From the NCBI GenBank assembly GCA_963664465.2, contig CAXXSU010000008.1, positions 2,070 to 66,069 of the forward strand: DNA of 64,000 nt, written 5' to 3'. The DNA is from Alphaproteobacteria bacterium (GTDB lineage Bacteria; Pseudomonadota; Alphaproteobacteria; UBA8366; CAVOAK01). Position 1 is the stretch's first letter; each line of letters starts with the position of its first letter. A program made the translations under genes and the position numbers. Positions 9,375 to 19,005 of this stretch are shown here, piece after piece. The notes below the pieces were generated by a model, which made no database searches, had not been told where the DNA came from, and was given only the letters and a program-made list of their open reading frames with translations.

Positions 9375-10721
9375 CTAAAGTTTCGATTTCCGATAGGTTT
9401 CCAGCTCGTTGATATAGTTTTCTTCGCGATCGACCGGCTCAAGGTGATCGCTCGTCAACATGATATCGACAACTTTCCGGCCGAGTTCGCGCATCAGATC
9501 GCGTTCTTCAGCATCGACTGCTGGCAGATGTAGGACTGCATCCGAGGTATAGGTCGGGATCAGTCGATTCGATCGGCGCGGCGGTGAGGTGTAGGGTTTG
9601 CCGGCCTTCACGGCGCGAATTCCGCGGCGCACCAGCCGCCGCAACATGGCCACGCCAAGATCGGCGCCAGTCAGATGTTCCATGCGGTGTATTGCGATCG
9701 GACGCTGGCTTACAATCGCCTCGAAGTCACCCGGCACGCGCTGGCGCTCATGGTAGGGTCGCTCGTCCTCGGTCTGGCCGATGAAGTCGATCTTGCCCTT
9801 GCCGATTTGACTCCTGTCGCCCTGACGGTCCGGGTCCACCTTGTCGTTGAACAACCGCCAGCCGATGATGTCGGTATTGGTATCGTCGATCGGCCGCATC
9901 CAGCGCGACAGCGCATGGCGCAAATAGTATTTGCTGTTCTCGGCCTTCTCCCAAAGCGTGCCGCCCTGGTTCATGTTGGGCAGGACGGTGTCGCCGGACC
10001 GGACCCAGATGTTCTCCTTCCAGCGCCGCACGTTGAAGCTTGTCATGCCAAGCGGCGATTCGAAGAAGTCGATCTGCGGCAATTCCTGCCAGGACTCGGC
10101 GAACTGGATACCGCTCATCAAGGTGTGCAAAAAGCAGCTGTGGGTCGGGTCGACCGTATTCTCCAGCACTTGCAGCCAGTTGCACGGCATATGGAGCGAG
10201 AACGGCACCATATCGGTGTCTTCCTGCTCATAAGAATCGTATACCGGAAAGTCAGGGATGTCGTCGGGCGGCCCCATATAGGTAAAAACGATGCCCTTGT
10301 ACTCCTGCGCCGGATATGCGCCGTGCCGGGTCTTTTCCGGAATGGTGCTCTTCGGGTCGTTCGGCGCCGAGAGAATCTCGCCGTCAGGCGCATAGTGCCA
10401 GCCATGATAACAGCAACAGATGCCCTGATCAGTCGGAATGCCCCATTCCAACGAGGCACCGCGATGGCTGCAGTGCAAATGCAGCAGGCCGAGTTCACCC
10501 GTCTTTGTGCGAAACAGGACCAGCTCCTCGCCGAGCATCGTCACCGCAAGCGGCAGGTCGCTGACCTCACTTGAAAGTGCAACCGGTTGCCAGAACCGCC
10601 GCAGATACTCGCCGCCCGGCGTGTTGGGGCCGACATGCGTGAGTTCCGTATCCTCGGAGAGAACGTCGCGCTTGAGATAGCCTTCGTAGTTGGCCGGGTT
10701 CTTGCCGTTTCCTGATGTCAT
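9375..10721 (-). CDS. Rieske (2Fe-2S) non-heme iron oxygenase, alpha-only type (paralog A)
   Basis: Rieske motif CSHRGASLEWG..CCCYHGWHY. Mononuclear-iron motif NWLQVLENTVDPTHSCFLH. Start placed at ATG 10721 (ggggagggaag SD). The ORF extension to 10829 is rejected as coding. Confidence 0.85.
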   Translation of the reverse strand: MTSGNGKNPANYEGYLKRDVLSEDTELTHVGPNTPGGEYLRRFWQPVALSSEVSDLPLAVTMLGEELVLFRTKTGELGLLHLHCSHRGASLEWGIPTDQGICCCYHGWHYAPDGEILSAPNDPKSTIPEKTRHGAYPAQEYKGIVFTYMGPPDDIPDFPVYDSYEQEDTDMVPFSLHMPCNWLQVLENTVDPTHSCFLHTLMSGIQFAESWQELPQIDFFESPLGMTSFNVRRWKENIWVRSGDTVLPNMNQGGTLWEKAENSKYYLRHALSRWMRPIDDTNTDIIGWRLFNDKVDPDRQGDRSQIGKGKIDFIGQTEDERPYHERQRVPGDFEAIVSQRPIAIHRMEHLTGADLGVAMLRRLVRRGIRAVKAGKPYTSPPRRSNRLIPTYTSDAVLHLPAVDAEERDLMRELGRKVVDIMLTSDHLEPVDREENYINELETYRKSKL

Positions 10722-10742
10722 GGGTGCGCTTCCCTCCCCTAT

Positions 10743-10796
10743 GGTTTTCTCAGGTCCTCTGGTTCTCTCAGGTCCTCTGGAACTTTCAGGTCTCCT
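10743..10796 (-). repeat. three tandem 18-bp repeats (plus a partial fourth) in the hyuB-Rieske A intergenic leader
   Basis: ggttttctcaggtcctct / ggttctctcaggtcctct / ggaactttcaggtctcct, then ggttctac. Copies 1 and 2 match 17/18; copies 2 and 3 match 13/18. The array lies 22-75 nt upstream of ATG 10721 on the coding strand. Confidence 0.85.
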
Positions 10797-10853
10797 GGTT
10801 CTACTAATCAAACGACCTCGGCTGCTCACGCGTCAAAGCAGGCAAAAAATCGC

Positions 10854-12569
10854 TCAGTCGTCGGCCGCCGCCGCATCGCCGTAGTTCCGTTCGATGTATG
10901 ACTCGCTGAACTTTCCGCTTTCGCGGTCTTCCTTCAACAGATCAGCGGAGCGCTTCGATGGTGGACCGTAGCCGCCGGCCCCCGGCGTCTCGACGACGAC
11001 CGAGGTATCGGGCGTAATGGTCAAATTTGCAGGTTTTGCATCGAGCGATGCCTCGCCTCCTTCAGCGTCGAGCAAAAAGAAGCGACCACTCGCGCCCTCA
11101 GATCCACCGAATATGCCCCACGGACGATGGCGAACCCTCTCGCCTCGGCCGGTAAACAGGCAATTTCCGCCAACCGGCCGGATCACGCGGCGGAGGGCAA
11201 GACCACCGCGAAACCGTCCGGCGCCGCCAGAATCCGGAATGAGCTCGTAGCGTTCGACGAGCAACGGATATTCCATCTCGATCGCCTCGACGGGCAGGTT
11301 TGACGTGTTGGTCGTATGGACCTGCACGCCGTCTTTGCCATCATGGTCGAAGCGACCGCCGAACCCGCCGCCAAGCGTTTCGAGATAGACGTAACTCTCG
11401 CCAGTCAGCGGATTTTTTCCCGAGAATACCGCCGCAGTGTTCGAGCCATTGGAGGCACCGACAGCGGCTTCAGGCAACGCATCCGCCAGCGCGCCGATGA
11501 TCATGTCGCAGACGCGCTGACAGGTAAGCGCCCGTGACGCGACCGGCGCTGGTGTTACGCAATTGAGTATCGAGCCGCGCGGCGCCTCGATTTCGCAAAC
11601 ATCGATAACACCCTGGTTATTTGGCACTTCTGGGTCGAGCAGAGCTTTCAGCGCGTAGCACACGGCTGCCTGGGTGGCGTTGAAGGGCACGTTGATGTTT
11701 CCAGTCACCTGTGGCGACGAGCCGGTGAAGTCGAAGCGGATATGCTCGCCGGCGATCTCGATCACGAGCTTGAGTGGGATGTCCTGCATGTCGACGCCAT
11801 CGTCATCCATGACATCGTCAAAATGGTAGGTGCCATCGGCGACTGCGGCGATCGCGGTCCGGAGCCTGCGCTCAGTACGACCGATTATCTCGTCAAATGC
11901 GGCAAACAAGACGCTTGTGGAATACCTGGCTGCGACCTCCTTGAGACGCCGTTCGCCTAGCCGGCAGGCGGCGATCTGCGCGTTGTAGTCTCCGCGCCGC
12001 TCGTCAGGCAGGCGGGCATTCAGAAGCAACAGATCGAAGATATCCGATTGCAGTTCACCCTTACGGAACAGTCGGATAACCGGAATCCGAAGTCCTTCCT
12101 GATAGATCTCGGTCATGTTTCCGGCAACCGATCCGGGCGCCATTCCGCCGACATCCGCATGGTGCGCGATGTCGCACATAAACCCCAGGAGTTCACCCTC
12201 GATGTAGATCGGCATGGCCAGGTTAATGTCCGGAAGGTGCGAACCGCCGGCAACGTGCGGATCGTTGGCCACGAACATGTCCCCCTCGTCGATTGTTTCC
12301 GGCGGGAACTTCGCGAGCAGGCATTGCATCAATCCAATCATCGAGGAGAGATGAATTGGCAGCGCGTTTTCCGCCTGCACTACGAGGCGCCCTTTGGGAT
12401 CGACAAAGGCAGTGGAATGGTCGTGGCGCTCCTTGATGTTGGTCGAATACGCACTGCGCATAAGCGCCACGTAGGTCTCATCAGCGACCGAGCGAAGCGC
12501 ATTGAAGAGAATTTCAAGGCGAATCGGATCGAGCGGCGCGTCGCTGCCGGGTTGTGCGGTGTCGGTCAT
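10854..12569 (-). CDS. hydantoinase B/oxoprolinase family protein (HyuB-like)
   Basis: 571 aa. DPIRLEILFNALRSVADE N-terminus, NDPHVAGGSHLPD motif and GGGFGG.. C-terminal region. The start overlaps the HyuA-like stop (ATGA at 12566-12569). Confidence 0.85.
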   Translation of the reverse strand: MTDTAQPGSDAPLDPIRLEILFNALRSVADETYVALMRSAYSTNIKERHDHSTAFVDPKGRLVVQAENALPIHLSSMIGLMQCLLAKFPPETIDEGDMFVANDPHVAGGSHLPDINLAMPIYIEGELLGFMCDIAHHADVGGMAPGSVAGNMTEIYQEGLRIPVIRLFRKGELQSDIFDLLLLNARLPDERRGDYNAQIAACRLGERRLKEVAARYSTSVLFAAFDEIIGRTERRLRTAIAAVADGTYHFDDVMDDDGVDMQDIPLKLVIEIAGEHIRFDFTGSSPQVTGNINVPFNATQAAVCYALKALLDPEVPNNQGVIDVCEIEAPRGSILNCVTPAPVASRALTCQRVCDMIIGALADALPEAAVGASNGSNTAAVFSGKNPLTGESYVYLETLGGGFGGRFDHDGKDGVQVHTTNTSNLPVEAIEMEYPLLVERYELIPDSGGAGRFRGGLALRRVIRPVGGNCLFTGRGERVRHRPWGIFGGSEGASGRFFLLDAEGGEASLDAKPANLTITPDTSVVVETPGAGGYGPPSKRSADLLKEDRESGKFSESYIERNYGDAAAADD

Positions 12570-14626
12570 AGGGAGAGGTCGAGCAAAAGGTTAAGTCCTG
12601 CGTCCATGGTCGCTTCGTCACCTGGAAATACCAGCGTTGTCGCATCCAACTGGTCGATCACCGCTGGACCCTGAATGACGTGGCCCGGCTGGAGTGTTTC
12701 GCGGCTGTAAACCGGGGTATTGACCGGCTTATCGGCATCAAACCAAACAGAGCGCGTGCCAACGGCCGAGGGCTCGATCGACGCCACCGCAGCCACTTGC
12801 GGCGGCGGTGGCCGGTCAAGGCGGCCTCGCGCGGTCAAACGTACATTGACGACTTCGAATGGATCCTGCGGGTTGTAATAACCGTAGTTTAGTTCGTGCG
12901 CCTCGAAGAAAAGCGCGCGCAGTGATGCAGCCTCCGGCAGCTGTACGTTGGCGGAACCGGTATCCTCAGCCGCAACGCGAAGCTCAAAATTCTGTCCGAC
13001 GTAGCGCATATCAAGGCTTAGCGACACCGCGCTGCGTTCAGGCGGAATATTCTCCGATTGGAACCATGTCTCGGCAGCCTTATGCAACGCATCGGCACAT
13101 GCCTGAACCTCGGGAATATTCTCATCATCGATCTGTATTCGCGCGCTCGACACAAAATCTTCCGTTAGGTCAGATACCACAAGGCCTTGGGCACAGAGAA
13201 TACCGGGCGCATGTGGCACCAAAATTTCGCTAATCCCCAACGAGCGTGCTACTTCGGTTGCATGCAACGCCCCGGCACCGCCGAACGGCATCAAAGTATA
13301 GTCACGAGGATCGTGCCCTCGCTCCACCGAAACGGCGCGAATAGCGCGAACCATGTTGGCAACGACGATGTCCAACACACCATGCGCGGTGCGTTCGAGT
13401 GTGAAAGCGACGCGCTCGGCTATCGGTTGCATCGCCTGGCGGGCCGCCGCCAAATCGATCGGCATCGAACCGCCGAGGAGACCGTCCGGGGATAAGCGGC
13501 CGAGGATCAAATTTGCGTCCGAAACCGTCGGCTGATCGCCGCCACGTCCGTAGCAGGCGGGACCAGGGTCCGCGCCGGCGCTTGCCGGACCGACTTTGAG
13601 CAATCCATCGCGCTCGAACCAGGCAATCGAACCGCCGCCTGCGCCGACCGTATTGATATCGAGCATCGGCAATCTTATTGGAAAATCAGCAACTTCACGC
13701 CCAACGCTCAAGCCTGCTGTGAGATCTCGAATCAAACAGATATCGGCGCTTGTCCCGCCCATATCGAGCGTGACGACATTTGGACGGTCGGACAAACGAG
13801 CCGCATGAATTGCGCCCACAACACCGGCGGCAGGACCCGAAAGCGCGGTCCGGATCGGGTAGCTCCGCGTCCGCTCGATTGACATCAATCCGCCGCTCGA
13901 CTGGTTGATACCGACAGCCGCCTTCGGTGCGTCCGACTTTAGCGCCTCGCCCAATTGTGCGACGTAGCGCGCGACTGTCGGCTGCAGATAGGCGTTCAAT
14001 ACAGTTGTCGAAAATCGCTCATACTCCCGAAATTCGGGCTGTACGTCCGATGATAAGGACACGAATAGCTCGGGCATGGCAGCGGTCAGCGCCTCGCCGA
14101 TGCGCCGTTCGTGCGCCGGATTGAGAAACGAGAACAATAGGCACACGGCGCAGGATTCAGCGCCCGATGCACGCACTGCCTCGACAGCTTCTGCGACGGC
14201 CGCATCGTTTAATGGTTTCAGAACACTCCCCGTCGCATCGATCCGCTCAACGACTTCGAAGCGATGGCTGCGCTTCGCAAGTGGCGCCGGGTAGTCAAGC
14301 TGCATGTCGTACATCCGTGGCCGAACCTGGCGGCCGATTTCGAGCAGATCGCGAAAGCCGTCAGTGGTGACAACCGCGACATTGCGGCCCAGACGTTGAA
14401 TCAATGCATTCGTGCCGACCGTCGTCCCATGCGCCAAACGCGCCATCGCATCGACCGGCACGTTATGCTCGGAAGCGAGCGTTCGTAGGCCTTCGATTAT
14501 GGCATCTGCCGGATTGTCCGGCGTGGACACGATCTTGTGGACGACGGTGTTCTTGCTCTCGTCGTCGAAGGCATAAAAATCCGTGAACGTACCGCCCACA
14601 TCGACGCCAACCATCCAGGCCATCAA
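12566..14626 (-). CDS. hydantoinase/oxoprolinase family protein (HyuA-like)
   Basis: 686 aa. VGVDVGGTFTDF N-terminal ATPase motif and LDMGGTSADI second phosphate motif. Size and order are typical of HyuA preceding HyuB. Confidence 0.85.
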   Translation of the reverse strand: MMAWMVGVDVGGTFTDFYAFDDESKNTVVHKIVSTPDNPADAIIEGLRTLASEHNVPVDAMARLAHGTTVGTNALIQRLGRNVAVVTTDGFRDLLEIGRQVRPRMYDMQLDYPAPLAKRSHRFEVVERIDATGSVLKPLNDAAVAEAVEAVRASGAESCAVCLLFSFLNPAHERRIGEALTAAMPELFVSLSSDVQPEFREYERFSTTVLNAYLQPTVARYVAQLGEALKSDAPKAAVGINQSSGGLMSIERTRSYPIRTALSGPAAGVVGAIHAARLSDRPNVVTLDMGGTSADICLIRDLTAGLSVGREVADFPIRLPMLDINTVGAGGGSIAWFERDGLLKVGPASAGADPGPACYGRGGDQPTVSDANLILGRLSPDGLLGGSMPIDLAAARQAMQPIAERVAFTLERTAHGVLDIVVANMVRAIRAVSVERGHDPRDYTLMPFGGAGALHATEVARSLGISEILVPHAPGILCAQGLVVSDLTEDFVSSARIQIDDENIPEVQACADALHKAAETWFQSENIPPERSAVSLSLDMRYVGQNFELRVAAEDTGSANVQLPEAASLRALFFEAHELNYGYYNPQDPFEVVNVRLTARGRLDRPPPPQVAAVASIEPSAVGTRSVWFDADKPVNTPVYSRETLQPGHVIQGPAVIDQLDATTLVFPGDEATMDAGLNLLLDLSL

Positions 14627-14692
14627 CCTTGCCCCTCGGCCAGCCTCATAGTTGCGCGCGGCATCAGTCCGCTTGTTGCTACTGGTGTCAAA

Positions 14693-15862
14693 TCAGCCTC
14701 GGTTTCCGCCGTAGGCCTGGACAAAGGAGCGCCCTTCGCCAAGACGGTCATAGCTCAGGCGAGCAAATTCATCGTCGATCGTGCCGTCGACGATCCAGCG
14801 TGCGAGATGGTAGCTCAACGCCGGCGCAATCTTAAATCCATGCCCGCTGCCGCCGCAGGCGTCGTAATAGCCGGCCAGGCCGGAACGCGGTCCGGTGAAG
14901 GGATACCAATCAGGTGTGACATCGTATAAGGCACCATAGGAGTCGATGCGCGTCGCTCCGGCGAAAGGCGGGAACCGGTGTTGCAGGCGCGTAGCGACGT
15001 CGGACACGAAATCCTCGTCGACCGTTTCCTTGTAATTGTTTGGATCGACTTCGAAATACTCCTTCGGGAATCCGCGGCCGACGACATATCGACGACCGCC
15101 CAGCGGCCGCAGATAGATTGCGTCGACGGCGTTTGATATCGAACTTGTCGGCAGAGGCCGTCCCTCGCGCGCTTCCCACACAGTGTCCTGCTCGCGCAGG
15201 ACCTTGAGTTCCAATTCGATACCTGCGCTCTGCGCCAACAGGGCGGACCACGGTCCGGCCGCATTCACCACCGCATCGGCCTCGATCGATCCTTCATCCG
15301 TAACAACGCCAGTCACTTTGTCGCCGCTACGCATGATCGCGCGGGCCGCGCTACCGATCCGCGCTTCCCCGCCCAAATCCCTGAATGCCTTGAGATAGGC
15401 CTCGGTAGCCTGAACCGGATCGGCGTAACCGCCCTTTCGTTCATGGGCTACACCGGCAACGCCGTCGGTGTTGAGCCAAGGCATCATTTCGGCAATTTCC
15501 TGGTTGTCGAGTAGGCGCGTATCGACACCGACCGTCTGCTGCATGGCGACATTTGCGGTCGCACCAGCAAGAAAATCGGGCGGAACCAGAAAAAACCAGC
15601 CAGCCGCCCGATAGCCGCCGTCGGCCCCCAGTTCGTCGGGCATGGCCGCGAACATATCAATGCTTTCCATCGCCAGACGGGCCGGCAGCGGGTTCGAATA
15701 GTGTTGCCGAACAATGGCGGCGCTCTTCCCCGTACCGCCAGCAGCCGGTGTGCGCCGCTCAAGCAGCAAGACCTTGTCGGCTCCTAACTTTTTCAAATGG
15801 TAGGCTGTGCCGGCGCCTGTAATGCCACAGCCGACAACGACAACTTCAAATGCCTCACTCAT
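14693..15862 (-). CDS. FAD-dependent oxidoreductase (DAO family, sarcosine-oxidase-beta-like)
   Basis: VVVVGCGITGAGTAYHLKKLG Rossmann motif at the N-terminus. 389 aa with the DAO-like C-terminal CGGSGHGFKIAP motif. Confidence 0.8.
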   Translation of the reverse strand: MSEAFEVVVVGCGITGAGTAYHLKKLGADKVLLLERRTPAAGGTGKSAAIVRQHYSNPLPARLAMESIDMFAAMPDELGADGGYRAAGWFFLVPPDFLAGATANVAMQQTVGVDTRLLDNQEIAEMMPWLNTDGVAGVAHERKGGYADPVQATEAYLKAFRDLGGEARIGSAARAIMRSGDKVTGVVTDEGSIEADAVVNAAGPWSALLAQSAGIELELKVLREQDTVWEAREGRPLPTSSISNAVDAIYLRPLGGRRYVVGRGFPKEYFEVDPNNYKETVDEDFVSDVATRLQHRFPPFAGATRIDSYGALYDVTPDWYPFTGPRSGLAGYYDACGGSGHGFKIAPALSYHLARWIVDGTIDDEFARLSYDRLGEGRSFVQAYGGNRG

Positions 15863-15907
15863 GCCCCTTCTTCCCTCACGGAATTGGTTGAAATCCGAAT
15901 TGATTCC

Positions 15908-17299
15908 TTAGTCGGCAGCCGCCGTGCTGCCTTGCTCGCCGCTCGCGAAAAGCGTGGTACAGGCGGCCAACTGATCTAGGTTTCTGCAGCGCTGCAACAA
16001 CACTTCCGCGGCCGCCAGGCCGAGAACCGGCGTGGCACAATCGCGGAACTTCTGATCGATTTGCTCATCCGACATGGGGTTTACCGGCGATCCGGTCGCG
16101 CCCTTGTTGGTTTTGCTGAAACTCCTGCCGTCGGTGAGAGTTACCGTCACCAAGGCCGCTTCGGGGTATTCAGGCCCCAAATCCGACGCTTCCGACAATG
16201 TGTCTTTAAGGGTCATGTCGACCTTCGCCATCGCCGACTGAATCTGCGGATCTTTGAGGACCTCATCGGACATCTGTGCGACGCCGAGAGTTCCGTGAAC
16301 GAGCACGCAAGCCACCGCGAAGTTCATGCTGAATTGAGCCTCTGTCACCGTCGCCGGGCGTTCGTGCTCTAAATACGTCTTGATGCTTCCCGTGACCTCG
16401 CATTGCACCCGGGCAATTGTTTTCGTGTCCAACTTTTCTTCGGCGATTATGTCGATCAACGCTTCTGTTGCGGGCTGCGCGCCGGAGCACACCGGATAAA
16501 GTTTATAGGCGAGTCCCGGAGACACCATAATGAAGCGGGTGCCGAGGCGATCCAGAAGGTTCCGCTCGAAAGTTCCATCGCCGAACATCGCGATGAAGCC
16601 CTTTTCATGCTCGAACGCATCGGCATGCGCCGCTAATCCTGCGCGAGCATAAAGGGCAGCCTCCACGCCCAGCTGAGACGCGCGGCCATTGGCGAATGGC
16701 TTCATTGGTGTTCCGACGACCGTGTAGGTGCTCGACGTTTGGCTGGCAGTGAAACAGATGGCATTTCGTGTCTGCTCATGGTTGAGGCCGAAGGCCCGTG
16801 CCGCAGCAACTGTCGCGCCAAAGGCCCCAAGCAGACCCGTCGTCCACCAGCCCCTCCAAAACAGGTCGGGGGTCAACGCACAGCCAAGCGCATATTCGGC
16901 TTCGACACCGGCGACAAAGGCCTCGAGCAGCCCCGTGCCTGTAGCATTCGCAGCTTCTGCGGCGGCCAGCGCCGCCGGAACGACCGCGACCGAGCCGTGG
17001 ACCATGGCTTCATGCGATACGTCGTCGAAATCAAGCACATGGGCGGCCGTGCCGTTTGCGAGCGCCGCCCCCGGCGCCGATATGCGAGCGCGATCCCCGA
17101 ACAGGCTACACGAACCCAGGGCAAACTCCGCTAGCGCAAGCTCGCGAGTCCTGCGTGCCGTTTCGTGCTGTGTGCCGGCAAGCGCGACGCCGATCGTATC
17201 GACGAGGCACCGTTTCGCTTCGTGGACGACTGGCGCCGGCAGATCGGCAAGGCTGACGCCTACGCTCCACGCCGCAAGGGCATCGGCTATGCTCTGCAT
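15908..17299 (-). CDS. MmgE/PrpD family protein
   Basis: 463 aa. N-terminal LADLPAPVVHEAKRCLVDTIGVALAG, DFDD.. block and the length are typical of the 2-methylcitrate dehydratase superfamily. The specific activity cannot be assigned. Confidence 0.8.
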   Translation of the reverse strand: MQSIADALAAWSVGVSLADLPAPVVHEAKRCLVDTIGVALAGTQHETARRTRELALAEFALGSCSLFGDRARISAPGAALANGTAAHVLDFDDVSHEAMVHGSVAVVPAALAAAEAANATGTGLLEAFVAGVEAEYALGCALTPDLFWRGWWTTGLLGAFGATVAAARAFGLNHEQTRNAICFTASQTSSTYTVVGTPMKPFANGRASQLGVEAALYARAGLAAHADAFEHEKGFIAMFGDGTFERNLLDRLGTRFIMVSPGLAYKLYPVCSGAQPATEALIDIIAEEKLDTKTIARVQCEVTGSIKTYLEHERPATVTEAQFSMNFAVACVLVHGTLGVAQMSDEVLKDPQIQSAMAKVDMTLKDTLSEASDLGPEYPEAALVTVTLTDGRSFSKTNKGATGSPVNPMSDEQIDQKFRDCATPVLGLAAAEVLLQRCRNLDQLAACTTLFASGEQGSTAAAD

Positions 17300-17361
17300 T
17301 TCATGCCCTTAGTCGCGGCAATGCGGGCTAGCGGTATAAAAAGTGTCAATGCGACAGACCA

Positions 17362-18723
17362 TCAACTCAGTTGCGCCGCTTTCTTGGCGATCGCTTCCAC
17401 GCGCTTTTCCGGCGTAAGATTGTCGCTATCCAAGACGACTTTGGTAATTTCACGGCCCATCTCGCGCATGAGTTTACGGTCGTCGCCATTGCCCGGCGGA
17501 TGCGTGATGATCGTGTCCTGAGTATAGGTTGCGATAGCACCCTTGGATCGCCGCGGCAGGGAGGCGAATGTCTTGCCGGCCTTCGAGGCCTTAATTCCCT
17601 GACGTACCATGCCGCGCAGCATACCAACGCCACGATCTGCCAAAGTCAGGTGTTCGAGTCCGTGAATGGCAATATCGCGCTGGCTCACGATCGCCTCAAA
17701 ATCCCCGGGAACGCGTTGGCGTTCCTCGTAGGGCCGTTCATCCTCAGTCTGGCCAATAATATCGATGGTTCCGAGCCCGACCTGCGTCTTGTCTCCAAGT
17801 CCCGCATCAACCCGATCGTTGAAATAGCGCCAGCCGATCATCTTTGTGTCGGCGTCGTCGACGGGCATCATCCACCGCGTCAGCGCGACCCGGGCAAAAC
17901 ACTCTTCTTCGTCTGCCGACAGCCACAATGATCCAGCCTGGTTCATGTTCGGCAGGATATCCTCGGTCGTACGGACCCAAATCTTATCCTTCCAGCGACG
18001 GACATTGACGTTAATCATGCCGAACGGTGTCTTGACAAAGTCAAGCTCCGGCAACTCACCCCAGGATTCGCCAAACTGAACGCCGGACACGCGCGTGTGC
18101 AGGAAGCAGCTATGTGTTGGATCTTGCGTATTCTCCAGGACTTGCAGCCAATTGCAGGGCATATGGAGCGAGAACGGAACCATCTCGTTGTCGGGCTCGA
18201 CATAGGTATCGAGGATCGGGAATTCGGGCACATCCTCGGGCGGCCCCATATAGGCGAAGACGATGCCTTCATACTCGTGGGTCCGATAGGCGCCGTGATA
18301 GAGCTGGCCCGCGGCCTCGCTGGTCGGATCGTTGGGCGTTTCGAGGATGCTGCCATCGGTGCCGTAATGCCAGCCGTGGTAGCAGCAGACGATGCCCTGA
18401 TCCGAAGGCAGGCCGTACTCCAATGAGGCGCCACGATGCGAGCAGTGCCGCTCCAAAAGGCCGAGTTCGCCTTTGCGGGTGCGGAACAGCACCAGGTCCT
18501 CTCCCAGCATACGCACGTTGAGCGGCAGTTCGCCGAGCTCCGAAGAGAGCGCCACCGGCTGCCAGAAGCGCCGTAGATACTCGCCACCCGGCGTGCCCGG
18601 GCCGACATGCGTCAGTTCCGCATCTTCCGTGATCCCGCGTTTGGCGTGATACCCCGAAAACGGCTGACCTGACGCCGAACCGTCGCCCCGACTCGATTGC
18701 TTCTTTGCTGCCTTGGTGCTCAT
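17362..18723 (-). CDS. Rieske (2Fe-2S) non-heme iron oxygenase, alpha-only type (paralog B)
   Basis: CSHRGASLEYG..VCCYHGWHY and NWLQVLENTQDPTHSCFLH. Collinear with paralog A over essentially the full length. First gene of the minus-strand operon. Confidence 0.85.
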   Translation of the reverse strand: MSTKAAKKQSSRGDGSASGQPFSGYHAKRGITEDAELTHVGPGTPGGEYLRRFWQPVALSSELGELPLNVRMLGEDLVLFRTRKGELGLLERHCSHRGASLEYGLPSDQGIVCCYHGWHYGTDGSILETPNDPTSEAAGQLYHGAYRTHEYEGIVFAYMGPPEDVPEFPILDTYVEPDNEMVPFSLHMPCNWLQVLENTQDPTHSCFLHTRVSGVQFGESWGELPELDFVKTPFGMINVNVRRWKDKIWVRTTEDILPNMNQAGSLWLSADEEECFARVALTRWMMPVDDADTKMIGWRYFNDRVDAGLGDKTQVGLGTIDIIGQTEDERPYEERQRVPGDFEAIVSQRDIAIHGLEHLTLADRGVGMLRGMVRQGIKASKAGKTFASLPRRSKGAIATYTQDTIITHPPGNGDDRKLMREMGREITKVVLDSDNLTPEKRVEAIAKKAAQLS

Positions 18724-18972
18724 GTTTCCCTAGCTCCCCTGCCGCCGCGACTCCGCAAAAAATGGCTCAAACCCATCCCTCACCAGAGTTGAAGGCTCAT
18801 GAAATTGGCTCACTTCGCTCCCAAACGCCAATTTCCAATGTGAAATACGCTCGTAATAATCTGATCGTGCCACATTTGAAGAAGCCCGGTCAGCCGAAAT
18901 CTATTTCATGCAGCTAGTGACGATAAAGCCTCCAATGGACAGCATAGACCGCGTGCTCGGGCTGTAAAGATA

Positions 18973-18991
18973 TACTGCAAGATTTGCAGTA
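18973..18991. promoter_or_regulatory. perfect 8-3-8 palindrome just upstream of the LysR start (candidate LTTR or operator site)
   Basis: tactgcaa-gat-ttgcagta, 9-15 nt upstream of the TTG 19000 / ATG 19006 starts, inside the 276-bp divergent intergenic region. Confidence 0.3.
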
Positions 18992-19005
18992 ATACGCACT
19001 TGGCA

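Noticed and set aside
9675-10574. 299-aa plus-strand ORF. Similar ORFs occur at 12048-12674, 16728-17312, 17371-17931, 40349-40876, 62777-63346 and 63282-63881.
   Set aside because: All are antisense to confidently identified enzymes. They are GC-driven open frames.
10743-10796. Whether the 18-bp tandem repeats could be a CRISPR array.
   Set aside because: The units are directly adjacent with no spacers. There are only about 3.5 copies, they are too short, and there are no cas genes.
10722-10829. 36-codon N-terminal extension of the Rieske A ORF, with RGPE-like peptide repeats.
   Set aside because: The periodicity comes from the 18-bp DNA repeat. A strong SD sits directly before the internal ATG 10721, and paralogue B has no such extension.
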